Origin: an uncultured Dehalococcoidales bacterium
Lineage (GTDB): Bacteria > Chloroflexota > Dehalococcoidia > GIF9 > UBA5629
Reading direction: 5' to 3'
DNA: 64,000 nt
NCBI GenBank assembly: GCA_964400675.1
Contig: CAYNVO010000008.1
Coordinates: 51,119 to 115,118 of the forward strand
Below are positions 18,165 through 27,956 of this stretch, one piece after another. Position 1 is the first letter of the stretch, and every line of letters begins with the position of its first letter. Both the position numbers and the translations under genes were made by a program. The notes under the pieces are model-generated. The model had not been told where the DNA came from. It worked only from the letters and a program-made list of their open reading frames with translations, and searched no databases.

Positions 18165-20855
18165 ATGGTTATCAGCGAAGAAACCAGAATAATGAACCTG
18201 ACTATAGACGGGCAACAGGTCGAAGTAAAAGAAGGCACTACAGTACTTGAGGCGGCTCGACAAGCAGGCATCTATATTCCAACGTTGTGTTATCACCCCA
18301 GCCTGACTCCATACGGAGCCTGCCGACTGTGCATCGTGGAAATTGAAAAATTACGAGGCTTCCCCACTGCCTGTACTACACCGGTAACTGAAAGCATGGT
18401 GGTAAGAACCAATACCCCACAGATCCAGGAGCTGAGACGAAATATCTTTGAACTTATTCTGGCGGAACACTCCAGGCAATGCATCACCTGCCCCAAAAAT
18501 CTACGCTGCGAGATGCAAGAAGTTGCCTCCCGCATCGGGGTGGAGGAGATTACACTCCCCCCTATACACAAAGAACTACCGATTTACCAGGACAGTCCCT
18601 TTTTCGACCGCGATTACAACCTTTGTATACTCTGCGGCAGATGCGTTCGGGTATGCCAGGAGGTAAGAGGAGTTGGAGCAATTGCCTTTACCTATCGAGG
18701 CAGCCAGGCATTAGTCGGCACTGCTTTTGACAAGACTTTGGAAGAGTCAGGATGTCAATTCTGCGGGGCTTGTGTTGACATCTGCCCTACCGGCGCTCTA
18801 ATGGATCGCCACAGCAAGTGGTTGGGGGTACCTGAACGCTCGGTAATTACAACCTGCCCTTACTGTGGAGTTGGTTGCCAGCTAAGACTCGAGGTAATCA
18901 AGGGCAAAGTCGTCCGCACAGTACCTGTTCTGGAAAATTCAGTAAACCAGGGACAGGCCTGCGTCAAAGGCCGTTTTGGCATTGCTGAGTTTGTACATCA
19001 TCCTGAACGCCTGACCACACCTCTGATACGAAAGAGCGGTGAACTCGTCGAGGCAAGCTGGGACGAGGCACTAAACTTAATAGCTGGCAAGCTGGACAGA
19101 TACAAAGGAAACCAGTTCGCCTTCATCGCCTCAGCCAAGTGCACCAACGAAGAAAATTATCTGGCACAGAAGTTCACACGCGCTGTGATGCAGACCAATA
19201 ATATTGACCACTGCGCCCGTCTCTGACATTCCCCCACGGTGGCCGGTCTGGCCGCCAGTTTCGGCAGCGGTGCTATGACTAACTCTATCAACGAGATCAA
19301 AGACGCTGGCTGTATCCTGGTCATCGGCAGCAACACCAGCACAGGTCATCCGGTTATTGCCTTAGAGATAAAGAAGGCAGTGCGCAATGGTGGCAGGCTC
19401 ATAGTTGCCAATCCTCGAGAGATTGAGCTTTCCCGCTACGCTGATGTATGGCTTAGACACCTTCCGGGCAGCGACGTTGCCTTGCTCATGGGCATGATGA
19501 AGGTTATCGTGGACGAGGAACTGGCTGAGCTAAGCTTTATAAGCGAATGTTGCGACAATTTCGACGCCTTCAAGGAATCTTTGAAGAATTTTGACCTCGA
19601 CTTCGTAGAGAAGGTTACCGGTGTGCCCGGTAACACCATAATCGAGGCAGCTCGATTATATGCCACATGTAAACCTGCAACCATCCTCTATGCCATGGGC
19701 ATTACCCAGCACAGCCATGGCACAGATAACGTAATGGCTACCGCTAACTTGGCTATGCTCACCGGTAATGCAGGGATACCGTCAACCGGTGTAAATCCAC
19801 TGAGAGGGCAAAACAACGTCCAAGGTGCCTGCGATATGGGTGCCTTGCCCAACGTTTACACTGGATATCAAAGGGTTGACAATCCCGACCTTCAAAAGAA
19901 ATTTGAAATCGCCTGGAGAGGCGACCTGATTTCAGCTCCGGGATTAACCTTGACAGAGATGCTCGATGCCGCTTGCGATGGAAAAATTAAAGCAATGTAC
20001 ATAATGGGCGAAAATCCAATACTGAGCGATGCCGATGCCAACCACACCGAGAAGGCATTGAAAAATCTCGAGTTCCTTGTAGTCCAGGACTTCTTCCTTA
20101 CTGAGACTGCACAACTGGCTGATGTAGTTCTGCCGGCAGTGAGCTTTGCTGAAAGAGACGGCACATTTACCAACACAGAACGGCGAATACAGCGAGTAAG
20201 GAGGGCAATCGAACCTTTAGGCAACTCCAAGCCTGACTGGTGGATTATATGCCAGCTAGCCAGGAAAATGGGCGCACAGAGTTTCGATTTCGAGAACCCC
20301 TCTGACGTTATGGGTGAAATTGCCAGATTGACCCCCAGCTACGGAGGCGTCAACTACGAACGCCTAGAGGAATGCGGGCTGCAATGGCCATGTCCAACAA
20401 AAGACCATCCAGGGACACCTATATTGCATGTGGGCAGATTCGCCTGCGGGCTGGGAAAATTCACACCGCTGCAATATAAGCCACCTGCTGAACTGCCCGA
20501 CAAGGAATACCCGCTTATACTTACCACCGGGCGTAGCCTGTATCATTTTCATACCGGCACCATGACACGGAAGGTCAGCGGACTCAATGTTCTTGAACCG
20601 GAGGGGGTAGTAGAGATAAATCCGTCGAATGCTTCTTCCCTGAAAATCAAGGATGGTAATACAGTAAAGGTGATTTCACGCCGTGGTGAAGTAACAGCCA
20701 GGGCTAAAGTGACTGAAAAATCACCAAAAAACGTTGTTTTCATGACCTTCCATTTCGCCGAGAGCGCAGCTAATCTACTCACCAACCCAGCATTAGACCC
20801 GGTAGCCAAAATTCCAGAGTTTAAAGTTTGTGCCGTGCGAATTGAGAAGGTTTAG
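18165..20855 (+). CDS. fdhA: Selenocysteine-containing Mo/W-bisPGD formate dehydrogenase alpha subunit with NuoG/HydA-like N-terminal Fe-S domains (896 aa, Sec354)
   Basis: ORFs 18165-19226 and 19239-20855 are in the same frame and separated only by TGA in DHCARL-U-HSPTVAGL, the active-site motif of Sec-FDHs. A SECIS-like hairpin follows. Confidence 0.95.
19238..19256 (+). promoter_or_regulatory. Bacterial SECIS element
   Basis: ggtggcc-ggtct-ggccgcc stem-loop starting 11 nt after the UGA at 19224-19226; the apical CCGGUCUGG resembles E. coli fdhF CAGGUCUG. Confidence 0.85.
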
Positions 20856-20958
20856 TAATGCAGCCGGAATCATTAAAACCACAGACAGGTAATGAATTGC
20901 AAAACCGAAAAAATGCGGCTTGTATGCTAAAAAGTCCAAACATGGTAATGGGGGCTAC

Positions 20959-20987
20959 TTGACCATTAAGACATCTCATGCTAAACT
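20959..20987 (+). promoter_or_regulatory. Putative sigma70 promoter of module 2/nfnAB operon
   Basis: TTGACC-17 nt-TAAACT with TGn extension. Confidence 0.55.
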
Positions 20988-21134
20988 ACGTGATTTGTTA
21001 GTGGTATTTCTAAATAGCAAGTTATCTGATAGGAAGAACACGGCAAACCATCCTGTAATTGTACTGACTATGCCCTCTAACATGGGAGTTTAGCGTAGCT
21101 CTATACGCAATCGACCGAAAGGAAGTTAACAAAA

Positions 21135-21614
21135 CTGGCTAAGACAGCGAGAGCGTCGACAGACCTGATAGAGCAAATCCGCACAGTCCTTGCTCCGTTC
21201 CGAGGTCGACAGGGTGTTCTTATTCCAGCACTACAGGCTGTACAAGGCAAATTCGGCTTTTTGCCTGAAGATGCCATGGAAGAAATCGGGCAGGTAGCCG
21301 GTATGTCCTCAAACGCAGTCTACGGCGTAGCCAGCTTCTATTCTCAGTTCCGCTTCGTCAAGCCCGGAGAGCATATGATTAAGGTTTGCCTTGGAACTGC
21401 CTGCCACGTACGTGGTGCTATGGGCATAGTTGATGCATTAAAACGAGAGGCAGATATGGAGCCCGGAAAAACTACTTCTGACGGCAAGTTCACCATGGAA
21501 GAGGTCCGATGTTTTGGTGCCTGTGCTCTTGCCCCTGTTATGGTAGTCGACGATGAAGTTTTTGGCACTGTAACAGCAGCAAAAACCAGGGAAATACTGG
21601 ATAAATTCCAATAG
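21135..21614 (+). CDS. NuoE/HydC-like [2Fe-2S] subunit (module 2), probable CTG start
   Basis: CLGTACHV...CFGAC. Homology (GVLIPALQAVQGKFGFLP) continues upstream of the ORF-track TTG at 21261; the only start-like codon with an RBS (AAGGAAG) is CTG 21135. Confidence 0.85.
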   Translation: MAKTARASTDLIEQIRTVLAPFRGRQGVLIPALQAVQGKFGFLPEDAMEEIGQVAGMSSNAVYGVASFYSQFRFVKPGEHMIKVCLGTACHVRGAMGIVDALKREADMEPGKTTSDGKFTMEEVRCFGACALAPVMVVDDEVFGTVTAAKTREILDKFQ

Positions 21615-21634
21615 CTTGACCAAAAGGGACTCAC

Positions 21635-23542
21635 ATGGATTTCACTAAAATCGTCGATAAAGCAAATGCAGAATGGCAGGCTTTGTGGCATGGTGATAAG
21701 CCTCTAATACTGGTAGGATTGGCTACCTGCGGCATGGCGGCAGGAGCTAACGCAGTAATGAAAGCTATCGAGAATGAGCTAAGCCAGCGAAATATAGAAG
21801 CTACTATTATTCCCGTGGGCTGTATAGGGCTCTGTTACCTGGAACCTTTAGTCGACATTGTTAAACCAGGACACCCTCGAATTTGTTACACCCATGTCAC
21901 ACCCCAAAAAGTAGGGGAACTCATCGAAGATTATCTCGTCAATGATAACCCTCGCCCTGACATGGCACTTGGCACCATTGGCGATGGCACCATAGCAGAC
22001 ATACCAAAATTTTATGAGCTTCCTATGCTAAAGCCACAGGTCAGGATAGCGACCCGAAATTGTGGGAATATCAATCCTGAGAACATAATGCATTACATAG
22101 CTCAAGGAGGCTACAGCGGCCTGGATAAAGCGCTGAAAATGCAGCCTGAAGAAGTGACTAAAGAAGTCAGTGAATCTGGATTGCGTGGACGTGGCGGCGC
22201 TGGCTTCCCCACAGCTAGAAAATGGGAGGAGGCACGCAACAGCAAGGCTACACCCAAATTTGTGGTATGCAATGGCGATGAAGGAGACCCCGGTGCTTTT
22301 ATGGACCGGTCTGTCTTTGAAGGCGACCCTCACGCTGTACTTGAGGGTATGGCTATTGCCGGTTATGCTGTTGGTACGCCAAATGGCTACATGTATGTTC
22401 GCGCTGAATATCCTCTAGCGGTGAGTCGCCTCAATATCGCCATAAGCCAGGCAAAAAAGCTGGGTTTGCTTGGCGACAACATTCTGGGCAGCGAATTCAG
22501 CTTCAATATCGAAATAATGCAGGGCGCTGGCGCTTTTGTGTGCGGTGAAGGTAGCGCCTTGATGTACTCCATAGAAGGTAGACGTGGAATGCCCAGGGTA
22601 AGACCACCACGCTCAGTAGCATCAGGATTATGGGGCTTACCCACTTCTTTGAACAATGTGGAGACCTTTGCTAATGTGCCTTCTATAATTTCCCGCGGGG
22701 GAAAATGGTATGCCAGCTATGGCACAGAGACGAGCAAGGGGACAAAAACATTCGCCCTGACAGGCAAAATAGAACGACCGGGGCTGATTGAAGTACCCAT
22801 GGGAATAACGCTGCGTCAGATAATCTATGATATCGGCGGTGGCATCCCCGGCAACAAGCCTTTCAAAGCTGTACAGACAGGAGGACCTTCCGGAGGATGT
22901 TTGCCACAAAACCTTCTGGATACACCCGTAGACTTCGAGACACTTGCCAAGGCTGGCTCTATTATGGGCTCCGGTGGCATGGTGGTGGTAGACGAAGATA
23001 CCTGCATGGTAGATGTCGCTCGATATTTTATCGCCTTCTGCCGCGATGAGTCCTGCGGCAAATGTATACCCTGCCGGGAAGGACTGCCCCTCATGAGCGA
23101 TATCCTCGAGAGGATAACGGAAGGCAACGGAAATGCTGAAGACATAGAACGGTTGATTGATCTGGGCGAGACGATTAAGAATGGCGCCCTGTGCGGCCTG
23201 GGAACATCATCTCCCAACCCGGTCCTAACCAGCATCCGTTATTTCCGGGACGAATGGGAAGCTCATGTTATCGAGAAAAAGTGCCCGGCGCTGGTGTGCA
23301 AAGCTCTCATAAACTTTTATATATTGCCTGATAAATGCTCCGGTTGCGGAATATGCCTCCGGGCGTGCCCTGTGGAGGCAATCAGCGGCGGCAAGAGAAT
23401 GGTTCACGTCATCGACCAGGAAAAATGTATCAAATGCGGGACTTGCCTGGAGAAATGTCCCGAGCGCTTCAGCGCCATAATCAAGACGACAGGAGAGCAA
23501 ATCGCCGTGCCTAAAGAGCCGGTACCGATAACTACCGCTTAA
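21635..23542 (+). CDS. NuoF/HydB-like FMN/NADH subunit (module 2)
   Basis: Paralog of 16243-18153: GLRGRGGAGF, GDEGDPGAFMDR, GAFVCGEG, GGPSGG, C-terminal 2x[4Fe-4S]. Confidence 0.95.
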   Translation: MDFTKIVDKANAEWQALWHGDKPLILVGLATCGMAAGANAVMKAIENELSQRNIEATIIPVGCIGLCYLEPLVDIVKPGHPRICYTHVTPQKVGELIEDYLVNDNPRPDMALGTIGDGTIADIPKFYELPMLKPQVRIATRNCGNINPENIMHYIAQGGYSGLDKALKMQPEEVTKEVSESGLRGRGGAGFPTARKWEEARNSKATPKFVVCNGDEGDPGAFMDRSVFEGDPHAVLEGMAIAGYAVGTPNGYMYVRAEYPLAVSRLNIAISQAKKLGLLGDNILGSEFSFNIEIMQGAGAFVCGEGSALMYSIEGRRGMPRVRPPRSVASGLWGLPTSLNNVETFANVPSIISRGGKWYASYGTETSKGTKTFALTGKIERPGLIEVPMGITLRQIIYDIGGGIPGNKPFKAVQTGGPSGGCLPQNLLDTPVDFETLAKAGSIMGSGGMVVVDEDTCMVDVARYFIAFCRDESCGKCIPCREGLPLMSDILERITEGNGNAEDIERLIDLGETIKNGALCGLGTSSPNPVLTSIRYFRDEWEAHVIEKKCPALVCKALINFYILPDKCSGCGICLRACPVEAISGGKRMVHVIDQEKCIKCGTCLEKCPERFSAIIKTTGEQIAVPKEPVPITTA

Positions 23543-23557
23543 AAAGAGCGAAAAAAT

Positions 23558-25327
23558 ATGGATGCTATCACTTTAACCATAGATGGGATCGAGGTCAGTA
23601 CCACCAGGGGCAAGAGAATCCTGGAGGCAGCACTGGATGCTGGTATTTACATACCTAATTTGTGCGCCATTCGGGATATCAAGCTGCCCTTCGGCGCCTG
23701 CCGTCTGTGCCAAGTACAAATAGAAGGCAGACGAGGCACTATCACCGCCTGCAGTGAACCTGCAGCCGATGGTATGGTCATTCATAGTAACACGCCTGAA
23801 GTAAACAGTCTGCGCCGGAAAATTCTGGAAATAATGCTGGCCAGGCATCCACATGACTGCCTCACCTGTTGGCGAAGGGAACGCTGCCAGCCATTCGACA
23901 TATGCTTGCGCAATGTGGCGGTAACCGAGCGTTGCGTTACCTGCCCTAAAAATGGACGTTGCGAGCTGCAGCAAGCAGTAGATTTCATCGGCCTTGATGG
24001 AATGCCCTTCCCCTACACCAGTAAAGGACTGCCTGTTGAAAAAGAAAACCCATTCATTGTCCGCAACAACAACCTGTGTATTCTCTGCGGTCGCTGCGTC
24101 AGGGTCGACCAGGAGATACTGGGCTTCGAAGCTATCGCCTTCAACCTGCGCGGGGCTCAGACCTATATCGGCGGCGCATTCGGTAAACCTCTTATCGAAT
24201 CAGGATGCACCTTCTGTGGCTCATGCGTGGAAGTCTGCCCCACAGGAGCGCTGATGGACAGAGAAAACGAGTGGAGCCACTGGCTTGACCGTGAAGCCGC
24301 TTCCATTCGCTGCAAATATACCTGCCCCGCAATGGTAGACGTGCCACGCTTCATACGCTTCATCCGAGAAGGAAAATATGACGAAGCCGTAGCCGTTATC
24401 CGTGAAAAAGTTCCTTTTGCGTCTATCTGCAGCCTTATTTGCGAGCACCCCTGCGAAAGCGCCTGCCGCCGCGGCAATCTCGACCAGCCCGTTGCCATAA
24501 GAGCCTTGGAGCGCTTCGCTGTCGAACGCTCCAACAAGGCTGAACCTGTGAAAGGCTCAAAAGCTGCAGCATCAGGCAAAAAATTAGCCATCGTCGGCTC
24601 AGGCCTCACAGGGCTTACCGCAGCTTATTACCTGGCCAAAAATTGTGGCCACGCTGTGACCGTGTTCGAGAGTTCAGGTCAGCCTGGCGGCATGATGCGA
24701 ACAGTTATACCTGAATACATCTTGCCTCACCGCATTCTGGACGCCGAAATAGAATCCCTGACCAAATTAGGGATTAAAATAAAACCTAACTCCAGGATAG
24801 AATCGGTGGATACTTTACTCAAAGAAGGCTACGACGCCGTGCTTCTGGCTATAGGATACACGGCAGAAATGCCCGAACAGCTTGGCGTTAAGATCAACGA
24901 GGAAAATACCATTCAGATTAACGCTAAAAGCCTTATGACCAACAAAAAGGGCGTCTTTGCCGGCGGCGATGCCGTGGATAAAAAACGTTCCTTCATTGAA
25001 GCTGTGGCTGCTGGCAGAAAAGCAGCCAGCTCCATTGACCGATACCTGGGCGGGAGCGGCGATATCAGCGAAGCCCTGGCACCTGTCATAGAGGGCGTAC
25101 CCAGGGTAGGCAGAATCGAGAATTTCGCCCAGAGACAGCGGCAGGAGATGCCTGTAACAAAACCAGCCAAACAGATTGGCAACTTCACTCAAGTTGAGCT
25201 TGGTTTCAACGATGAGCTGGGAAATGAAGAGGCAAAGAGATGCATGGGCTGCGACTTGAGGTTTGCCGTAGCCCGCATTGTAGCCGCCACAACAGGCAAA
25301 GTCTCCAGAACGCCTGTGCGGACCTAG
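23558..25327 (+). CDS. NuoG/HydA-like Fe-S N-terminus fused to a GltD-like FAD domain that lacks the NADP-binding domain
   Basis: [2Fe-2S] and H/C3 clusters, 2x[4Fe-4S], then CKYTCP..ICSLICEHPCESAC, IVGSGLTG, GVFAGGD, EAKRCMGCD; no second GGGNxAxD Rossmann motif. Confidence 0.85.
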   Translation: MDAITLTIDGIEVSTTRGKRILEAALDAGIYIPNLCAIRDIKLPFGACRLCQVQIEGRRGTITACSEPAADGMVIHSNTPEVNSLRRKILEIMLARHPHDCLTCWRRERCQPFDICLRNVAVTERCVTCPKNGRCELQQAVDFIGLDGMPFPYTSKGLPVEKENPFIVRNNNLCILCGRCVRVDQEILGFEAIAFNLRGAQTYIGGAFGKPLIESGCTFCGSCVEVCPTGALMDRENEWSHWLDREAASIRCKYTCPAMVDVPRFIRFIREGKYDEAVAVIREKVPFASICSLICEHPCESACRRGNLDQPVAIRALERFAVERSNKAEPVKGSKAAASGKKLAIVGSGLTGLTAAYYLAKNCGHAVTVFESSGQPGGMMRTVIPEYILPHRILDAEIESLTKLGIKIKPNSRIESVDTLLKEGYDAVLLAIGYTAEMPEQLGVKINEENTIQINAKSLMTNKKGVFAGGDAVDKKRSFIEAVAAGRKAASSIDRYLGGSGDISEALAPVIEGVPRVGRIENFAQRQRQEMPVTKPAKQIGNFTQVELGFNDELGNEEAKRCMGCDLRFAVARIVAATTGKVSRTPVRT

Positions 25328-25351
25328 ATAACAGACAAATCAGCATAACTC

Positions 25352-26203
25352 TTGGAACAGGTCATGTACAAGATTGTGGCCAAAGAGAAGCTCTGCCCTG
25401 TAGTTGACCTCATAATAATTGAGGCACCGGAAGTCGCCAAAAAGGCTAAAGCAGGTCAGTTTGTAGTTGTCCGCGTCGATGAAGTCGGCGAACGCATACC
25501 TCTTACATTAGCTGATTGGAACGCCAGGGAAGGCACTGTCACCCTCGTAGCCATGCAGGTAGGAACCACCACCTACAAGCTAGCCGCACTTAACACCGGC
25601 GACCACGTATTGGACTTGATTGGCCCTCTGGGATTACCTTCGGAAATAGAGAATTTCGGCACCGTGGTTTGCGTCGGCGGCGGCGTTGGCGTAGCCCCGA
25701 TATATCCAGTAGCCAGAGCGCTGAAGCAAGCCGGAAATAAGGTCATCACCATAATGGGTGCCCGGAGCAAAGACCTACTCTTCTGGGAAGACCACCTGAA
25801 AAGCGTCAGCGATGAATTGATAGTTACCACCGATGATGGCTCATACGCCCGTAAGGGGGTAGTAACAGAGCCATTGAAAGAAACACTCGAGAAAAACAGG
25901 CAAATCGGCCGCGTCATTGCCATCGGACCGGCTATAATGATGAAATTCTGCTCCTCGACCACAAAGCCTTTTGGAGTTCATACCATCGTCAGCCTGAATT
26001 CCATCATGGTAGATGGCACCGGCATGTGCGGCTGCTGCCGCGTTTCAGTAGGCGACAAAACCAGGTTCGTCTGCGTTGACGGCCCGGAATTCGATGGGCA
26101 CCAGGTCGATTGGGACCTTGTGTTCAACAGACAGCGCATTTATTGCGATGAAGAAAAACAATCGCTGGAACGGTGGAAAGCTCATAAGTGTCAGCATTCT
26201 TAG
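25352..26203 (+). CDS. nfnA: NfnA/SudB-like FAD/NAD-binding [2Fe-2S] subunit
   Basis: AGQFVVVR, ERIPLT, GPLG, GGGVGVAP, MVDGTGMCGCCRV, CVDGPEFD. Confidence 0.9.
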   Translation: MEQVMYKIVAKEKLCPVVDLIIIEAPEVAKKAKAGQFVVVRVDEVGERIPLTLADWNAREGTVTLVAMQVGTTTYKLAALNTGDHVLDLIGPLGLPSEIENFGTVVCVGGGVGVAPIYPVARALKQAGNKVITIMGARSKDLLFWEDHLKSVSDELIVTTDDGSYARKGVVTEPLKETLEKNRQIGRVIAIGPAIMMKFCSSTTKPFGVHTIVSLNSIMVDGTGMCGCCRVSVGDKTRFVCVDGPEFDGHQVDWDLVFNRQRIYCDEEKQSLERWKAHKCQHS

Positions 26204-26218
26204 AATCTGAGAGTAACG

Positions 26219-27640
26219 GTGGAAGAAAAAGCCAAGCCAAAGCTCGATTTAAATAGATTGGATATGCCCCGCCAGACTCCGAAGGCCAGGGCGAAAAACT
26301 TCAATGAGGTAGCCCTGGGCTATACTCGCGATATGGCACTTCAGGAAGCTAACCGCTGCATTCAGTGTCCCAAACGTCCCTGCGTAGCCGGCTGCCCGGT
26401 GAATGTCGACATCCCTGAATTCATAAAGGCATTGCGAGACAAAGATATGCCTGAAGCAGTGCGTATACTCAAAGGCAAAAACGCTTTGCCAGGCATATGC
26501 GGACGGGTCTGCCCGCAGGAAACACAGTGCGAGGAGGTATGCACACTATCCAAGAAAAGTGCGCCAATTGCAATCGGCAGACTGGAAAGATATGTGGCTG
26601 ACTGGGAACGGGAACATAGCACAGAGCTGCCTCCATCTCCCAATCAACAACCACCTACAGGCAAGAAAGTGGCAGTAATCGGCTCAGGCCCTGCAGGATT
26701 GACCTGCGCCGCTGACCTGGCTAAATTCGGACATAAAGTGACTATATTCGAGGCACTGCATACCGCCGGCGGAGTACTGATGTACGGCATACCTGAGTTC
26801 AGGATGCCTAAAGCCATTGTCCAGGGTGAGGTGGATTATGTCAGGTCATTGGGGGTAGAAATCAGGCTTGACTCGGTGATGGGCAAACTGGCTACTGTGG
26901 ATGAGCTGCTGGAGGGCAAATACGATGCCGTATTCCTGGGCACCGGTGCCGGGTTACCTATGTTCATGAACATACCCGGTGAGAACCTGAACGGTGTTTA
27001 TTCAGCCAACGAGTTCCTTACCCGGGTGAACCTGATGAAAGCTTACCTCTTCCCCGAGTACGATACCCCGATAAAGGTCGGGAAAAAGGTAGCCGTCATC
27101 GGAGGGGGCAATGTGGCTATGGACGCAGCCCGCTGCGCTCTAAGACTTGGCGCTGATGAAGTTTATATCATATACAGACGCTCTCGAGTTGAAATGCCGG
27201 CTCGACATGAGGAAGTGGAAAATGCCGAAGAAGAGGGAATTATCTTTAAGCTGCTTACCAATCCTAAACGCTTTATAGGCAACGACCAGGGCTGGATAAC
27301 CGCCGTCGAATGCTATGAAATGGAACTGGGCGAGCCGGACGCCAGCGGCAGACGCCGCCCCATAATCAAGGAGAGCAGCGAGTTCACCATCGACGTCGAT
27401 GTCGCCATCGTGGCACTGGGAACTACTCCCAACCCACTGATTTCATCAACCACAAAAGGGCTGGAAACGAAGCAAAACGGCACTGTGATAGCCGATGAAG
27501 AAAGCGGCAAGACGGTAAAGGACAAAGTCTGGGCGGGTGGTGATATAGTCACCGGCGCCGCCACCGTCATCAGCGCTATGGGCGCCGGCAAGCGCGCCGC
27601 CGCCTCAATAGATACCTATTTAAAAAGCACCAAACCATAA
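26219..27640 (+). CDS. nfnB: NfnB/SudA-like (GltD-like) FAD/NADP Fe-S subunit
   Basis: RCIQCPKRPCVAGCP, CGRVCPQETQCE, IGSGPAG, GGGNVAMD, YRRS, AGGDIVTGAATV; directly follows nfnA. Confidence 0.9.
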   Translation: MEEKAKPKLDLNRLDMPRQTPKARAKNFNEVALGYTRDMALQEANRCIQCPKRPCVAGCPVNVDIPEFIKALRDKDMPEAVRILKGKNALPGICGRVCPQETQCEEVCTLSKKSAPIAIGRLERYVADWEREHSTELPPSPNQQPPTGKKVAVIGSGPAGLTCAADLAKFGHKVTIFEALHTAGGVLMYGIPEFRMPKAIVQGEVDYVRSLGVEIRLDSVMGKLATVDELLEGKYDAVFLGTGAGLPMFMNIPGENLNGVYSANEFLTRVNLMKAYLFPEYDTPIKVGKKVAVIGGGNVAMDAARCALRLGADEVYIIYRRSRVEMPARHEEVENAEEEGIIFKLLTNPKRFIGNDQGWITAVECYEMELGEPDASGRRRPIIKESSEFTIDVDVAIVALGTTPNPLISSTTKGLETKQNGTVIADEESGKTVKDKVWAGGDIVTGAATVISAMGAGKRAAASIDTYLKSTKP

Positions 27641-27835
27641 ACACCCAATTCCAAATATTTCGGTTTGGAATTTGTCTAGGTTTTTCCCTGCGAAGATTTA
27701 GCCGTTGACCGTGCCCCTTTAGGATCGCTAGGGCAAGACCAAAGCCTCGCCGCTACATGTTACACACCCACAACGGGTGCTCCATCACAATTAGCCCTAC
27801 CACAGAAGGGCGACGTGACAACCTCACATTTTCTT

Positions 27836-27950
27836 TGTCATCCTGAAGGAGCAGAGCAACTGAAGGATCTTACCCAAACTGAATTCCATGACCGCCCTAT
27901 GAGATTCTTCGCTTCGCTCAGAATGACAAAGGCGAAGGACTCGCAACGAC
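27836..27950. repeat. Composite palindromic (REP-like) repeat, copy B
   Basis: tgtcatcctgaagg...gaaggatct and gagattcttcgcttcgctcagaatgaca are inverted halves; tail gaaggactcgcaa is identical to 34795-34807. Confidence 0.75.
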
Positions 27951-27956
27951 AGATTT

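Noticed and set aside
19224-19238. Apparent pseudogene or split fdh gene
   Set aside because: The UGA is at the Sec/Cys active-site position, the frame is maintained and a SECIS follows, so it is recoding rather than decay.
20995-21015. Possible Rex operator (ttgttag...ttctaa) downstream of the module-2 promoter
   Set aside because: Poor dyad symmetry and a weak match to TTGTGAA-N4-TTCACAA.
21038-21125. GGCAAACC ... ACGCAA resembling a c-di-GMP-I riboswitch
   Set aside because: Spacing is far too long, and there is no GNRA-capped P2 or tetraloop receptor that I can fold.
15781-23542. Respiratory complex I (nuoEFG) or [FeFe]-hydrogenase
   Set aside because: No membrane nuo subunits and no H-cluster motifs; the catalytic partners are FDH and a GltD-like domain.
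26219-27640. Glutamate synthase small subunit
   Set aside because: No gltB large subunit is nearby and it is paired with an NfnA-like gene, so NfnB/SudA is the better call.
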